Shown: in pieces, positions 41,544 through 51,193 of the stretch
How positions within the stretch are numbered: the first letter of the stretch is position 1
How the letters are laid out: each line of letters opens with the position of its first letter
NCBI GenBank assembly: GCA_963790475.1
Contig: CAWBOS010000001.1
Coordinates: 160,001-224,000, forward strand
Direction of reading: 5' to 3'
Length of the DNA stretch: 64,000 nt
Origin: an uncultured delta proteobacterium
Lineage (GTDB): Bacteria > Desulfobacterota > RBG-13-43-22
Translations under genes and position numbers: made by a program
The notes under the pieces: generated by a model
Database searches by the model: none
What the model was told of the DNA's origin: nothing
Seen by the model: the letters and a program-made list of their open reading frames with translations, nothing else

Positions 41544-42821
41544 TTATAATCGTTGAATTAAATAAAAAAAGACAGGAAGTTGACTCTGATTTTTTATTTC
41601 AAAAAATTGTGGTAATAATTCACGTTTTTTGGGACTATCCTTTATCGGGGATAGGTATATAGCCCCTTTCCCTTTTGAAGGAACCGATGCGTCTCCAAGT
41701 AGCTCGGCCAGGGATTGATAATGTTCGGGGCGAAGTGTTTTTCCCATAAGAAAATTGCCTGTAATTTCTATATTGGGATAGGTAGCATTAATTTCGAGCA
41801 TCTTCATGAAAGCCTCTTGAACCATGGATGCAGATATAGGTTTACCAATAAATTTCAGGGTCGGCGGGTCTATCGATTCGAAACCGATGTTGATATAGGT
41901 ATAATAGGGTAGGGAACTTATCTTTTCAAATAATGCACTTTCCGATTTTAGAAAAGAGTCCACGCTTCCAAAAAAGAATAACATAGGAGTGTTTGTGCGT
42001 GTGCCTTCAAAGCCAAAAATCCTGCCGGCCTCAGAACCGGTCAGATAGATCAATTCATCCCCGGCTGCCAGTGCGTCATGATTCCCCAAAAACAGGGCGT
42101 TATAATTTTCGAGATTGCGACCATAAAGAATTTTTAATTGTCGAATCTGTTCAAGAATATCGGTTCTGGATCGCGCCTGAAATTTTTGCGCCGTTTTAAC
42201 ACAACAAAAGCTGCAATGATAAAGACATCCGTCTGCGATCATAAGAGGGATGATCTCATAATCGACCTGTCGGGTATCCGGTGGCAGAACCGACACCCGC
42301 CCGCCTATAATCGCATTCAATCTTTGTGATCGTTCATAGAGTACTTTGTCATCATTGCTTAAAATGAGGGCCATTAAATCTTTGACTTTAGGATGTAACC
42401 CATCTTTTCTCGCGCCATATAGATCGCCATACAATTGTGACCAGGCGGCAAAGGCATTCATTATTTTCGGATTTGAGAAATAGTTGATTTCCCAAATCGA
42501 GTTGCTCGAATAGGGAAGACAAGGCAAATAATATTCGCCCATCCAGGAAATAATTCCTTTTTCACCGCTGGTGTCACCGAGGGAATAATACACCCAGTCA
42601 TTACCGTCAGTCCGCTTCAACTGTTCGGCGGGATGAGGCCAATTTACATTAAGACCACGGATGAACTTAATTTCTCCATTTAAATTGAACCGGAATTCGT
42701 ATTCCGATGTTGTTATCTCTGAATATTTTCCATATCGAAGCGGAAAACTCGACTTTGCAATAGTTCTGGGGGCTTGCTTTTCCACGCTGATAGCGAAGTT
42801 ACTTGAGTTGGGAGATACCAT
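41544..42821 (-). CDS. Radical SAM protein of unknown function
   Basis: DGCLYHCSFC CxxxCxxC, FLGNHDAL, INIGFES. Confidence 0.85.
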   Translation of the reverse strand: MVSPNSSNFAISVEKQAPRTIAKSSFPLRYGKYSEITTSEYEFRFNLNGEIKFIRGLNVNWPHPAEQLKRTDGNDWVYYSLGDTSGEKGIISWMGEYYLPCLPYSSNSIWEINYFSNPKIMNAFAAWSQLYGDLYGARKDGLHPKVKDLMALILSNDDKVLYERSQRLNAIIGGRVSVLPPDTRQVDYEIIPLMIADGCLYHCSFCCVKTAQKFQARSRTDILEQIRQLKILYGRNLENYNALFLGNHDALAAGDELIYLTGSEAGRIFGFEGTRTNTPMLFFFGSVDSFLKSESALFEKISSLPYYTYINIGFESIDPPTLKFIGKPISASMVQEAFMKMLEINATYPNIEITGNFLMGKTLRPEHYQSLAELLGDASVPSKGKGAIYLSPIKDSPKKRELLPQFFEIKNQSQLPVFFYLIQRL

Positions 42822-42879
42822 TTTTTTGCCTCAGTTTGATTCCTGGAACATCTTTTGTATAGGATATTTGGGGCTATTT

Positions 42880-43052
42880 GGGGTCGGGCCTGTTGGTCCA
42901 CGACAAGTTATTGAGTGGCACGTTATGACTCCTAGAAATGGGCATTTTCGGGGCCTATAGTCTTTTTTAACCTCGAAAAGAGCCTTATAGTGAGCGGCTC
43001 CCGCTTTGAGATGATACCCTTCGCCGTCTTCTATGACCTTTCCCCTTTGGCT
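42880..43052 (+). repeat. Intergenic repeat family B, copy 1
   Basis: CCACGACAA.TTATTGA..AGAAAT.GGC..GGGCCTATA..AACCTCGAAAAGAGCCTT..GAGATGATACCCTTCGC; shared with 43645 and 45887. Confidence 0.82.
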
Positions 43053-43081
43053 CCAAATATGAAATATGGATTAATCCGAAT

Positions 43082-43337
43082 TTAATGCTGGGGGATGAGG
43101 GATCGAAGTGCCTTATTCACCGATTCAGGGTTTGGAAAATGTATTTTTACGTCGGGGTCAAGCATAATAGCCCTCCTCCTGGGAAAAATACTGAATCAAT
43201 TTAGTCCCATCCTTTTTGTTTACTGTGACGGTATGTCCTTCATGATAGGCTTTATAATGCTTTCCCCTAATACCCTTTGACCAATCATACTCTTCCCTCA
43301 TGGCGATTTCATTTGGATCTTGCTTAGCCTTTTTCAT
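43082..43337 (-). pseudogene. BrnA-type antitoxin partner, frameshifted
   Basis: MREEYDWSKGIRGKHY..., continuing in another frame as AIMLDPDVKIHFPNPESVNKALRSLI. Confidence 0.7.
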
Positions 43338-43602
43338 ACATTTTCCTTTCACATCGGATTGCTTTGCGACAACCGATTATTCGGATATTATCGTTTTTTT
43401 CGGTATACCAGACAACCAGAATCCTTCCTTTCGATGAAAGTTCGATATCAAGATATCGATCTTCTTCAATCGAATGAACAGGATCACCAATTGTGATGCA
43501 AACGGATCATTTGAAAATAGTTTTGGCTCCCTCAAAATCAACGCCGTGTTTTTTCAAGTTACGATTTGATTTATTTTTATTCCATTCAAAGGTTGATGCC
43601 AT
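43324..43602 (-). pseudogene. brnT: BrnT-family toxin with internal TGA
   Basis: FEWNKNK..NLKKHGVDF..AKTIF, HSIEEDRY, ILVVWYTE..IRII..RKA; TGA at 43509-43507. Confidence 0.78.
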
Positions 43603-43644
43603 ACATTATATCCTATTTTTATTGAATTTTGTATATGGAATCTG

Positions 43645-43800
43645 GCCACGATAAGTTTTTGATTATTTAGCTTAAAAGTTCCAGAAATAGGCATTATCAG
43701 GGCCTATATCTTTTTCAATCTCAAAAAGAGCCTTATCGCGAATAGCTCCCGATCTGAGATCATTCACTCCGTCGTCTCCTACGACATTTCCCACCCTCAA
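43645..43800 (+). repeat. Intergenic repeat family B, copy 2 (followed by an inverted partial copy at about 43820-43935)
   Basis: Aligns with copy 1; the minus strand at 43900-43935 reads GGGTCGGGCCACGCAAAGTATTTGATT. Confidence 0.75.
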
Positions 43801-44522
43801 CTCTAAAGTCCAAGAGTGCGAAAAACGGTCTTTTTACCCTCCAAAAACGCATTATAGGCCACTTTTAAGAGATAGAGTTGACAGTATTCTTTCCCTAATC
43901 AAATACTTTGCGTGGCCCGACCCTCTTTGACCCTGTTTGGCATAGCGGTCTCTTCCGCACCACGTACCCTCGGGATGTCCGATCCAGTCGGTCTTCCAGA
44001 AAATTTATTTGTTCCTTGCCAGTCTAACTGGTCTCACAGGACCTGTGGTTGTGAGCCAATCATATTTTAGCTCATGGCAGTGGCGGATGAGACGTCGAAC
44101 GGTCTAGCCGGCTGTCATAGTCCAAAACAAGATAGTACGTCAGTGCATCAAAGTCTCCCAATAAAGTTCAATATTGGGAAGCGGATGGTTATTATGGCTA
44201 ATTGTGTCCATCTCATGGGGAATGGGATTGATGATTTAACCAAAGAAGATTTAACAGCTCTTCCAGGAATCTTTTTAGCTAGAATTTAAATACAGCCTTG
44301 TTTTCAAGAAAATACGATATTGACACTATTTGTTTATCCTGGAATTTCCGTTAAATTAGAAAATAATTTATTTCTAAGCAGAATGGGCGTTAGTTAGCAG
44401 TGTTTGAAAAGAGAAATGCGATTACGTCCGACGGCAATATCTCCAAGAAATGAGATTTGAGTGTTGGCGAAGGTCTGGGATGGCTTGGGGGCTTTAAATC
44501 GATTCAGTAAAGGGAACAAGTT

Positions 44523-44882
44523 ATGAAGGTATTGATTGTAGACGACGACCGGGCAATAGCCTCTTTTGCCCAATTTTTGTTGGAATATAAAGGGCATGAG
44601 GTAAGATTGGCTCTGAGTGGGGCGGAGGGGTATTTGATCTATCTTCAATTCCTTCCGGACCTGGTGATTACAGACATCCATATGCCTGGGGAGAGTGGGC
44701 TAGAACTGATAAATCACATCAGGGAGCATGATCCCTTGGTAAAGACCATCTATATGAGTGGTGACTTGAATCATTTCTATCCCCTCCTTGAAGAAGAGAG
44801 GACAAAGTATCCCGTTAACTTTTTGGAGAAACCCTTTTCTGGAAAGGAATTGATCGGGCGGGTTTCCCAGTTCGCCCATTAA
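44523..44882 (+). CDS. Single-domain response regulator
   Basis: VLIVDDD, PDLVITDIHMP..SG, MSG, LEKPF. Confidence 0.9.
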   Translation: MKVLIVDDDRAIASFAQFLLEYKGHEVRLALSGAEGYLIYLQFLPDLVITDIHMPGESGLELINHIREHDPLVKTIYMSGDLNHFYPLLEEERTKYPVNFLEKPFSGKELIGRVSQFAH

Positions 44883-45285
44883 GCAGACACGGATAAAAGT
44901 GGAGAAATACGGGCATACCTTTCCTTAAGATTTACAAAATTAATGACATGGTTTTTCTTCTGAAAGAGAGGAAAAGCCGAAACCATTCAGGTGGCGGAAG
45001 CCTTTAGGTTGGTTAAAGCAAATGAATGGTGCATAATGTTCACAAAAGCTTGAAAAGAATTTTATTCAAAATGGTCAACTCAGGTTAATACCCGGAAAGG
45101 AGAAAAAGCATAATAATTGGAACAGAAAAAATTGGTGCTTTTTTTTTATGCCTGTTGGTGTTTATTCCTTTCCCTTTATGTGCAGCGGATGGCAATCCTC
45201 CAACTGAAACCCAAAACGGGGGATTTTTAGATAATCCGGAATCTTTATTTCTGGAATCGGAGGGGGATTTCGCCCCGGAACAAAA

Positions 45286-45774
45286 GTGGTTGGCCTATCC
45301 CTCGGGGTAAGCGATGGCTGGATGATGTTAGGGGACGGGACACGACATGATCTGGCACTGGTCTCAGTTTCGTATGGTCGGATGATCGGAAAGGTTAAAG
45401 GAATGGACCACTGGTATCAAGGCAACTGGGAACTCCGTGGGGAATTATTCGGCGGCATTCAGTTTGATCCGGAAACCCGCTCACTCGTAGGAGTGGCCCC
45501 GCACCTGCGATATCATTTTGCAACGGGCACCCGCTTCATTCCTTATATCGATGTCGGGGCTGGCTTGTCTTTCACGGAAATCAGGGAACCGGACCTTGGC
45601 GGCCCTTTCGAATTTAACCTGCAGGCCATCACCGGAGTGAATTATTTTTTGCGGAATAACCTGAGCATCAATATCGCCCTGCAATATCTTCACCTCTCGT
45701 CAGCCGGTATTTACAAACCCAATCATGGCATAAATGCGCTGGGCTGCTTTCTAGGTGTTCAGCGGTTTTTTTAG
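45286..45774 (+). CDS. PagL-like lipid A deacylase / acyloxyacyl hydrolase beta-barrel; 5' end appears disrupted
   Basis: DLGGPFEFN, YLHLSSAG..PNHGIN, C-terminal F; a signal-peptide-like stretch at about 45140-45190 is out of frame. Confidence 0.75.
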   Translation: MVGLSLGVSDGWMMLGDGTRHDLALVSVSYGRMIGKVKGMDHWYQGNWELRGELFGGIQFDPETRSLVGVAPHLRYHFATGTRFIPYIDVGAGLSFTEIREPDLGGPFEFNLQAITGVNYFLRNNLSINIALQYLHLSSAGIYKPNHGINALGCFLGVQRFF

Positions 45775-45886
45775 AACTAAAAGTCCAAAGAGTAATGACC
45801 TGACCTTGGTCCAAGAGCTCATAGCTGACAACTCATAGGGAAAGCAAGAGAAAAGATGAAAAGAACGACAGGTCCTTTTCCTTAAA

Positions 45887-46053
45887 TGGGGTCGGGCCAC
45901 GACAACTTATTGATTCTCAGTTTTAAACTTTTCAGAAATAGGCGTTTTTAGGGCCTATATCGTTTTTTTTAACCTCGAAAAGAGCCTTTTAAGGAGCGGC
46001 CCCGCTCTGAGATGATACCCTTCGCTGTCTTCTACGACCTTTCACCCTTTGGC
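45887..46053 (+). repeat. Intergenic repeat family B, copy 3
   Basis: Close match to 42880-43052. Confidence 0.82.
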
Positions 46054-46060
46054 TTGGCAG

Positions 46061-46190
46061 GCTATTGATTGCCGGCCGATTGTCGGCTCCTCACCGGCAA
46101 TCAATAAATCAGGTTGTCTCTGCGACTCTGAGAGCTCTGTGAGAGATAGGCCTTTGTCCGGTTGTAGTCGGTGTGAGTCTGTGGCAAAAA
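46061..46190. repeat. Partial family C-related palindromic repeat
   Basis: TATTGATTGCCGG..CCGGCAATCAATA hairpin as at 55400 and 62741; 3' part shared with 53205-53280. Confidence 0.65.
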
Positions 46191-46211
46191 AACATTTGAT
46201 AAACAACTAAT

Positions 46212-48131
46212 TTATAGACCCAACTTTTCGGCTACATCGGCCAGGCCGAACTTCTCCAGGGTCTGACGAGTCGGAATCCCTGTTTGCAGGTCCCAACCCA
46301 TGATCTGATAATAGTCATCCTTCATTTTTTCCAGCTCGGCCTCGGAGAAACTTAGTTCGGGCATCAACTTCCCTTCGGGACGGATTCGATCATAGAACCC
46401 CTTGGACACCCGGTCATCGTTGCGGGACAGGCCGCATTTACTGGTGAAGGCCCTTTCCAGGTTACGCATCCTCAACCCGGCTTCTATCAGGGCCTCGGCC
46501 TGAACGGAGGTGCCTGATCCCAGGGTCATGAATTCAGCCATAACCGCCGCATCAACCGGCAGTCCGATAAAGGAGGTCATCCAGGTGCAGACGCCGGCAA
46601 TATCCGCCATGTCGGTCCGCTCTTCATCCCGGCGAACCAGGGCGGCCTTACCTTCCGTAACCCGGGGATCGGCGGCCTCCCGGACGCCGACCTCTTTTTC
46701 CGCCCGATCCTTATATCGTTTTATCGCTTCATCAAAGGAGAGGTCATCTTTGGCCCGGACATATCTCCTGGCTGAAACGCTGTCCAGGAAAGGTTGTACC
46801 TGGGCATCTTCCCCGATGGCCGATACGGCACTGGCCAAGGCCCTGGTTTTAAGAGGGGCGACATGCATGTCGGAAGGCGAGCCCTTGGCGATGATCAAAC
46901 AGTCTTCAGCGCCATTACCGATCTTCCTGGCCGCGGCCGGGAGCCCATCCGCCAGTAGATCTCCAATCCCTTCCCGATAAGTTATCTTTCGGGCCATGGG
47001 TAAAATGGCCTCCGGACTGCCCCAATCCATAATCTGGCCGTCGGTATCCCTGGAAGAGATGATGCCTTTTTCATTTAATTCCATAAGCCAGGCAATGGTG
47101 TTAGACAAAGAACGGGCATCCAATCCGTATCGCTGACATTCGACAAAGACCTTCCAGAAGAGCATCAGGTCGGGATTTTGTAAGTCCCAGGTCAAGTCCC
47201 CATAGGGACTGCACTTGGCCGTCCCGGCTCCCACCCCCAGAATATTATAGGAATCAAAACAGGCCACCGGGCAGGCGAAACATCCCACTCGGTTGTGGAG
47301 GTGTTTCTTTAAAAAATCCCCTTCGCAGATTGTCGTGCATTCCTCGGTGGCGTTTTCCAAAAGCTCGTAGAGGGACCGCATCTCCCGGTCGTGAATCCGG
47401 GTCAGCCCGGCCTCATGAAGGTCGTTATAAAAATGGGCTTCCCGGATAGAGGCCAGCAGTGCCCGACACCCTTCCAAAAACTCCCAGGGCTGAGCCACCT
47501 TGATCCCCTGCGTTCCCCGCGCGGCAATGGCCTTCAGGTTCTTTGAACCCATAACCGCACCCATCCCGGTTCTGGCGGCCGCGTTACCCGTACCCGAATT
47601 AATCGAGGCATAGACCACCAGCCTCTCCCCTGCCGGCCCGATAGATACCACCTTGGCCGCCGGGTCCCGCAATTCCTGCCTCACCATTTCCGGCGTCTCA
47701 TAGGTGTCATGGCCCCAGATCGCCGAGGCATCGCGGATCTCCACTCGATCGTCCCGAATGGACAAATAAACCGGTTCTTCAGCCTTCCCTTCAATCACCA
47801 GATGGTCATACCCGGCGAATTTCAACTCCGAACTCAGGTATCCGCCCATGCCCGAATCGCCCAAGGCCCCGGTCACCGGTGATTTGGCCATTACATCCGT
47901 CCGACAGGCCCCGGGAAAGGGTGTGCCGACCAGAGGGCCAGCTCCAAAGATAAGGAGATTGTCCGGGTCCAGGGGCTTCGTGGCCTGCCCGACGCCGTCA
48001 AAAAGGATCTTGAGGTTGATGGCCTTGCCGCCGGTGAAGCGCTCCGCATAAGGTTCGACCGGCTCGCGGCGAATCTTCCCCTCTGTTAAATCGACTCTAA
48101 GAATCCAGCCTCCCCGCAGGTATCCCATCAT
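46212..48131 (-). CDS. aor: Tungsten-dependent aldehyde:ferredoxin oxidoreductase
   Basis: ILRVDLT, AKSPVTG, SIGPAGE, AAARTGMGAVMGSKNLKA, CFACPVAC, YYQIMGWD. Confidence 0.92.
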   Translation of the reverse strand: MMGYLRGGWILRVDLTEGKIRREPVEPYAERFTGGKAINLKILFDGVGQATKPLDPDNLLIFGAGPLVGTPFPGACRTDVMAKSPVTGALGDSGMGGYLSSELKFAGYDHLVIEGKAEEPVYLSIRDDRVEIRDASAIWGHDTYETPEMVRQELRDPAAKVVSIGPAGERLVVYASINSGTGNAAARTGMGAVMGSKNLKAIAARGTQGIKVAQPWEFLEGCRALLASIREAHFYNDLHEAGLTRIHDREMRSLYELLENATEECTTICEGDFLKKHLHNRVGCFACPVACFDSYNILGVGAGTAKCSPYGDLTWDLQNPDLMLFWKVFVECQRYGLDARSLSNTIAWLMELNEKGIISSRDTDGQIMDWGSPEAILPMARKITYREGIGDLLADGLPAAARKIGNGAEDCLIIAKGSPSDMHVAPLKTRALASAVSAIGEDAQVQPFLDSVSARRYVRAKDDLSFDEAIKRYKDRAEKEVGVREAADPRVTEGKAALVRRDEERTDMADIAGVCTWMTSFIGLPVDAAVMAEFMTLGSGTSVQAEALIEAGLRMRNLERAFTSKCGLSRNDDRVSKGFYDRIRPEGKLMPELSFSEAELEKMKDDYYQIMGWDLQTGIPTRQTLEKFGLADVAEKLGL

Positions 48132-48637
48132 CGTCCTCCTTTTCCCGGGACACTATCCGTCAGCCCTTCCGCTTCCAAAATGCCGGCCAGCCTTTCAACC
48201 CTTTTCGGATTGCCGGTCCGGTCATTGTCCTCCAGGGTTAAACAATCCGAATGGCACAAGGAAATACATTGAGGCCGGCCCTGGCACAGGTCACAGGAGA
48301 TGAGCAGATTGGTCAGTTGGTCCAGGGAAATACACCCCGCCGGACAGGCCTCGACACACATCCCGCACCCGGTGCATTTCTCTTGATCAAAGGTTAAAGG
48401 GGAGCCCTCGTTTTCGCGCCAAATGGCTTCGGTCGGACAGGCCTCCAGGCAAGAGGCTTGCCGGCACTGCTGGCAAACCAGGGGCAGGGAAAAAACCAGC
48501 CCGCCTCTCTCCCGACGGATTACGCGAATGGCCGACTTTTCAGGGTTGCACTCCCCAAAATGATAAAGCGAACAGACCACTTCACAGGTTCGGCAACCCG
48601 TGCATACGGAATGATTTACAGCGATGAATGGTGACAT
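48128..48637 (-). CDS. 4Fe-4S dicluster subunit of AOR (AorA-like)
   Basis: Multiple CxxCxxCxxxC motifs; ATGA overlap with AOR. Confidence 0.92.
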   Translation of the reverse strand: MSPFIAVNHSVCTGCRTCEVVCSLYHFGECNPEKSAIRVIRRERGGLVFSLPLVCQQCRQASCLEACPTEAIWRENEGSPLTFDQEKCTGCGMCVEACPAGCISLDQLTNLLISCDLCQGRPQCISLCHSDCLTLEDNDRTGNPKRVERLAGILEAEGLTDSVPGKGGR

Positions 48638-48876
48638 GATCGATCCCCCTTTATGGGAACTGGATAAGGAAAAATAATTTGGAAAGGATATTTAGACTAA
48701 ACGAAACGCTTAATCGTTATTTTAAAAACTCAAAAAAAAAATTTTCCAATAAGCATGGGACCGAAGCCAATAATCCAGTTTCAAACCAGCCGTCGTCTTA
48801 GATTAAGATGATTTAGAAAATCGGATTTGTCAAGGCCAAACGGGAAAGGCCGGGCCCCCATCATCCTTCAATTTCA

Positions 48877-48925
48877 TTGACCTCGGTGTTCCTTTAATTT
48901 ATACTCCTACCATTAAAAAGGTCTA
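48877..48925 (+). promoter_or_regulatory. Repeated sigma-70 promoter/leader module (copy)
   Basis: TTGACC-17-TATACT-CCTACCATTAAAAAGG. Confidence 0.65.
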
Positions 48926-48996
48926 TTAAAAACATCAAGAAGATTCAAAGAAGTTACCCTAAGCCCTTTTTTGGATTAAACATCCTGGAGGAAAAA

Positions 48997-50187
48997 TTGA
49001 ATATCGATTACACCGGCCTGCCCAACGGCAGATTTACTGTTCAGGCCCAGGAGTCCATTGTTTTCGGTCAACCGGCTGGCAAGGCCCTTTTGACTGAGGC
49101 CGAACGTTACGGTTCGAAGCGGGTATTTGTGATCTCGACCGGCTCGTTGGGTCGTCTGGAAAAAGGTCCGCTGCAGGGGATCCTTTCTGACCTGGGGTCT
49201 CGTCTTGTTGGAACCTACACGGCGATCCGGGCCCACAGCCCCCGCGAAGACGTCATCGCCGCGGCTACCGCCGCCCGCACTGCCAAGGCGGATTTATTGG
49301 TCGCCGTCGGCGGCGGCTCGGTGATTGATGCCACCAAGGCGGTACAGATGTGTCTGTGGCTCGGGCTCACCAGCGTGGAATCGATGGAGCCTTATCGCGG
49401 AGGCGCCGCGGCCGACATCCGCCGCAAAATCGAACCGCCGGAAAATCCGATCCGCATGGTCTCCGTCTCGACTACGCTTTCGGCCTCGGAGTTCACCTCC
49501 ACCTCCGGCGTTACCGATACCAAGGCCAATGCCAAGCAGTCCTTTACTTATCGTTTGCTGGTGCCCCGTTCGGTCATTCTCGACCCGGCGGCGACGCTCA
49601 ATACACCGGAGTGGCTTTTATTCTCCACCGGCATCCGCTCGGTGGATCATGCGGTGGAGTCCTATTGCTCGCCCCTGGCCAACCCGGCGACCGAGGTCCT
49701 CTCCCTCCAGGGCCTTCGCCTGCTTTCCCGGGCCCTTCCCAGGATCAAGGCCGAACCGCATAGCCTCAAAGCCCGGCTCGATGCCCAGTTCGGCATGTGG
49801 CAGGCCATTGCCGGCTCCGCGGCCGGTGCCGGTTCGGGTGCCAGTCACGGCATCGGTTATGTACTGGGGGCGACATTCGGCGTGGCCCACGGTCATACCT
49901 CCTGCGTCATGCTGCCGGCCGTGTTGCGCTGGAACTCGGCCGTTAACCAAGATCGCCAGCGGGGGCTGTCTGAAGCCATGGGATCGCCCCAAAAACCGGC
50001 GGCGGACCTCGTGGCCGAGTTGATCGCTTCCCTTGACCAGCCAGGGTCTTTACGGGCCGTGAATATCAAGCGTGAGAACTTCGATGAGATCGCCGAACGG
50101 GCCATGACCTACGGGCCGGTGCGGATGAACCCGAGGCCGATCAAGAGTCCGGCCGATGTGAAGGAAATTCTCGAACTCGCCTGGTGA
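48997..50187 (+). CDS. Iron-containing alcohol dehydrogenase / maleylacetate reductase-like
   Basis: AVGGGSVID, TTLSASE, DHAVE, SHGIGY, HGHTS; TTG start behind GGAGG. Confidence 0.9.
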   Translation: MNIDYTGLPNGRFTVQAQESIVFGQPAGKALLTEAERYGSKRVFVISTGSLGRLEKGPLQGILSDLGSRLVGTYTAIRAHSPREDVIAAATAARTAKADLLVAVGGGSVIDATKAVQMCLWLGLTSVESMEPYRGGAAADIRRKIEPPENPIRMVSVSTTLSASEFTSTSGVTDTKANAKQSFTYRLLVPRSVILDPAATLNTPEWLLFSTGIRSVDHAVESYCSPLANPATEVLSLQGLRLLSRALPRIKAEPHSLKARLDAQFGMWQAIAGSAAGAGSGASHGIGYVLGATFGVAHGHTSCVMLPAVLRWNSAVNQDRQRGLSEAMGSPQKPAADLVAELIASLDQPGSLRAVNIKRENFDEIAERAMTYGPVRMNPRPIKSPADVKEILELAW

Positions 50188-50201
50188 GAATTAGATGCTT
50201 T

Positions 50202-50606
50202 TTATTTGGGCTTTTCGAGTAACTCGATCATCATTCCCCGGGCGGACTTGGGGTGAATGAATACATTAGCCCCTTTGGCTCGCGCTTCGGCCTCGGCGTT
50301 GATGAGGCGGATACCTTTCTTCTGTAAGGTCTGAATGGTTTCCTCCAGATTCTCGACTTCCCAGGCCATCATATAGACCCCCTCACCGCGGTTCTTAAGG
50401 AATTGCGCCAACGGCCCTTTATCGGGATCCAACGGTTCAATGAATTCAATAAAAGCGTCCCCCAGGGGGAGCAAAGCATTGCGAATCCCCATCTCAGGCA
50501 TCTCACCCGATCTGGATGGGGTAAGGCTGAAATTTTCCGAAAATTCTTTCACCGCATCATCAACACTTTTGACCGCGACATGGACGGCCCTGATTCTGCT
50601 AAACAT
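50202..50606 (-). CDS. VOC family protein (methylmalonyl-CoA epimerase-like)
   Basis: HVAVKS, IEFIEP, FLKNRGEG, FIHPKSARG..IEL. Confidence 0.88.
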   Translation of the reverse strand: MFSRIRAVHVAVKSVDDAVKEFSENFSLTPSRSGEMPEMGIRNALLPLGDAFIEFIEPLDPDKGPLAQFLKNRGEGVYMMAWEVENLEETIQTLQKKGIRLINAEAEARAKGANVFIHPKSARGMMIELLEKPK

Positions 50607-50743
50607 CGGCTTCTCCTTATTCTGAGGTTTATCCTGATGCTATTTTTTACTCTCAAAATATGGAAGGCGGAAGAGGAAAGTCTCCTTTATTCCCATAAAC
50701 TCTTTGGCACTCCCAACTTGTATCCCTTCATCAAGTCTTCATG

Positions 50744-51193
50744 TTATGGTAAATGTTCCAGATCCTCTAAGTCTTTATGTCTGCCGGCTGCGTTTTTATT
50801 TTTTTTTAGGTCCTGAAGAGAAATAAGATTTATTTGAATCCCTTCAATCTCAACAAGTTCCCGATTAGAGTAACATTCATTGAAATCCACTCCAGAGGCG
50901 CTGGTGATTATTTCAAGCCGTACCGGAGGAACACCCATCCGAATTACTTTGTTCGTTTCTATGAATAGTTTTTCTGAAAGATCTTCTACGGGCACCCCAA
51001 AATCATGAAAGGCTGCGGCAACTTTTTTAGAATTAGGTTCGCTTATTTCAATCCAAATGTCCATATCACCGGTTGCCCGCGGGTATCCATGGTAACCCAC
51101 AGCGTAACCTCCGACAAGAAGATACCGGACATCATGTAAGTTCAGCAACCTCAAGAAATCTTTGAAGTCTGGATGTAACTCTATCTTGGCCAT
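50744..51193 (-). CDS. Pol-beta-fold nucleotidyltransferase
   Basis: YLLVGGYAV..HGYPRATGDMD, KNAAGRHKD..D. Confidence 0.85.
   Translation of the reverse strand: MAKIELHPDFKDFLRLLNLHDVRYLLVGGYAVGYHGYPRATGDMDIWIEISEPNSKKVAAAFHDFGVPVEDLSEKLFIETNKVIRMGVPPVRLEIITSASGVDFNECYSNRELVEIEGIQINLISLQDLKKNKNAAGRHKDLEDLEHLP

Noticed and set aside
41501-41549. attC-like TTATAAC...GTTAAAG at the radical SAM stop
   Set aside because: Too short, poor internal symmetry, single copy, and no integron integrase.
43498-43509. TGA-S-V-C in brnT as a UxxC selenoprotein motif
   Set aside because: Compensating indels in an NDP-coding stretch explain it; the following hairpin is weak, and the antitoxin is also broken.
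44970-45035. Possible c-di-GMP-I riboswitch (AAACCATTC..GTGG..AAGCCT)
   Set aside because: It lacks the GGCAAA start, GNRA tetraloop and P3 stem; an Rfam scan would settle it.
49325-50023. Long alternative-frame and antisense ORFs over real genes (also 1801-2484, 6395-7132, 23835-24632)
   Set aside because: Shadow ORFs of GC-rich coding sequence with no recognisable motifs.
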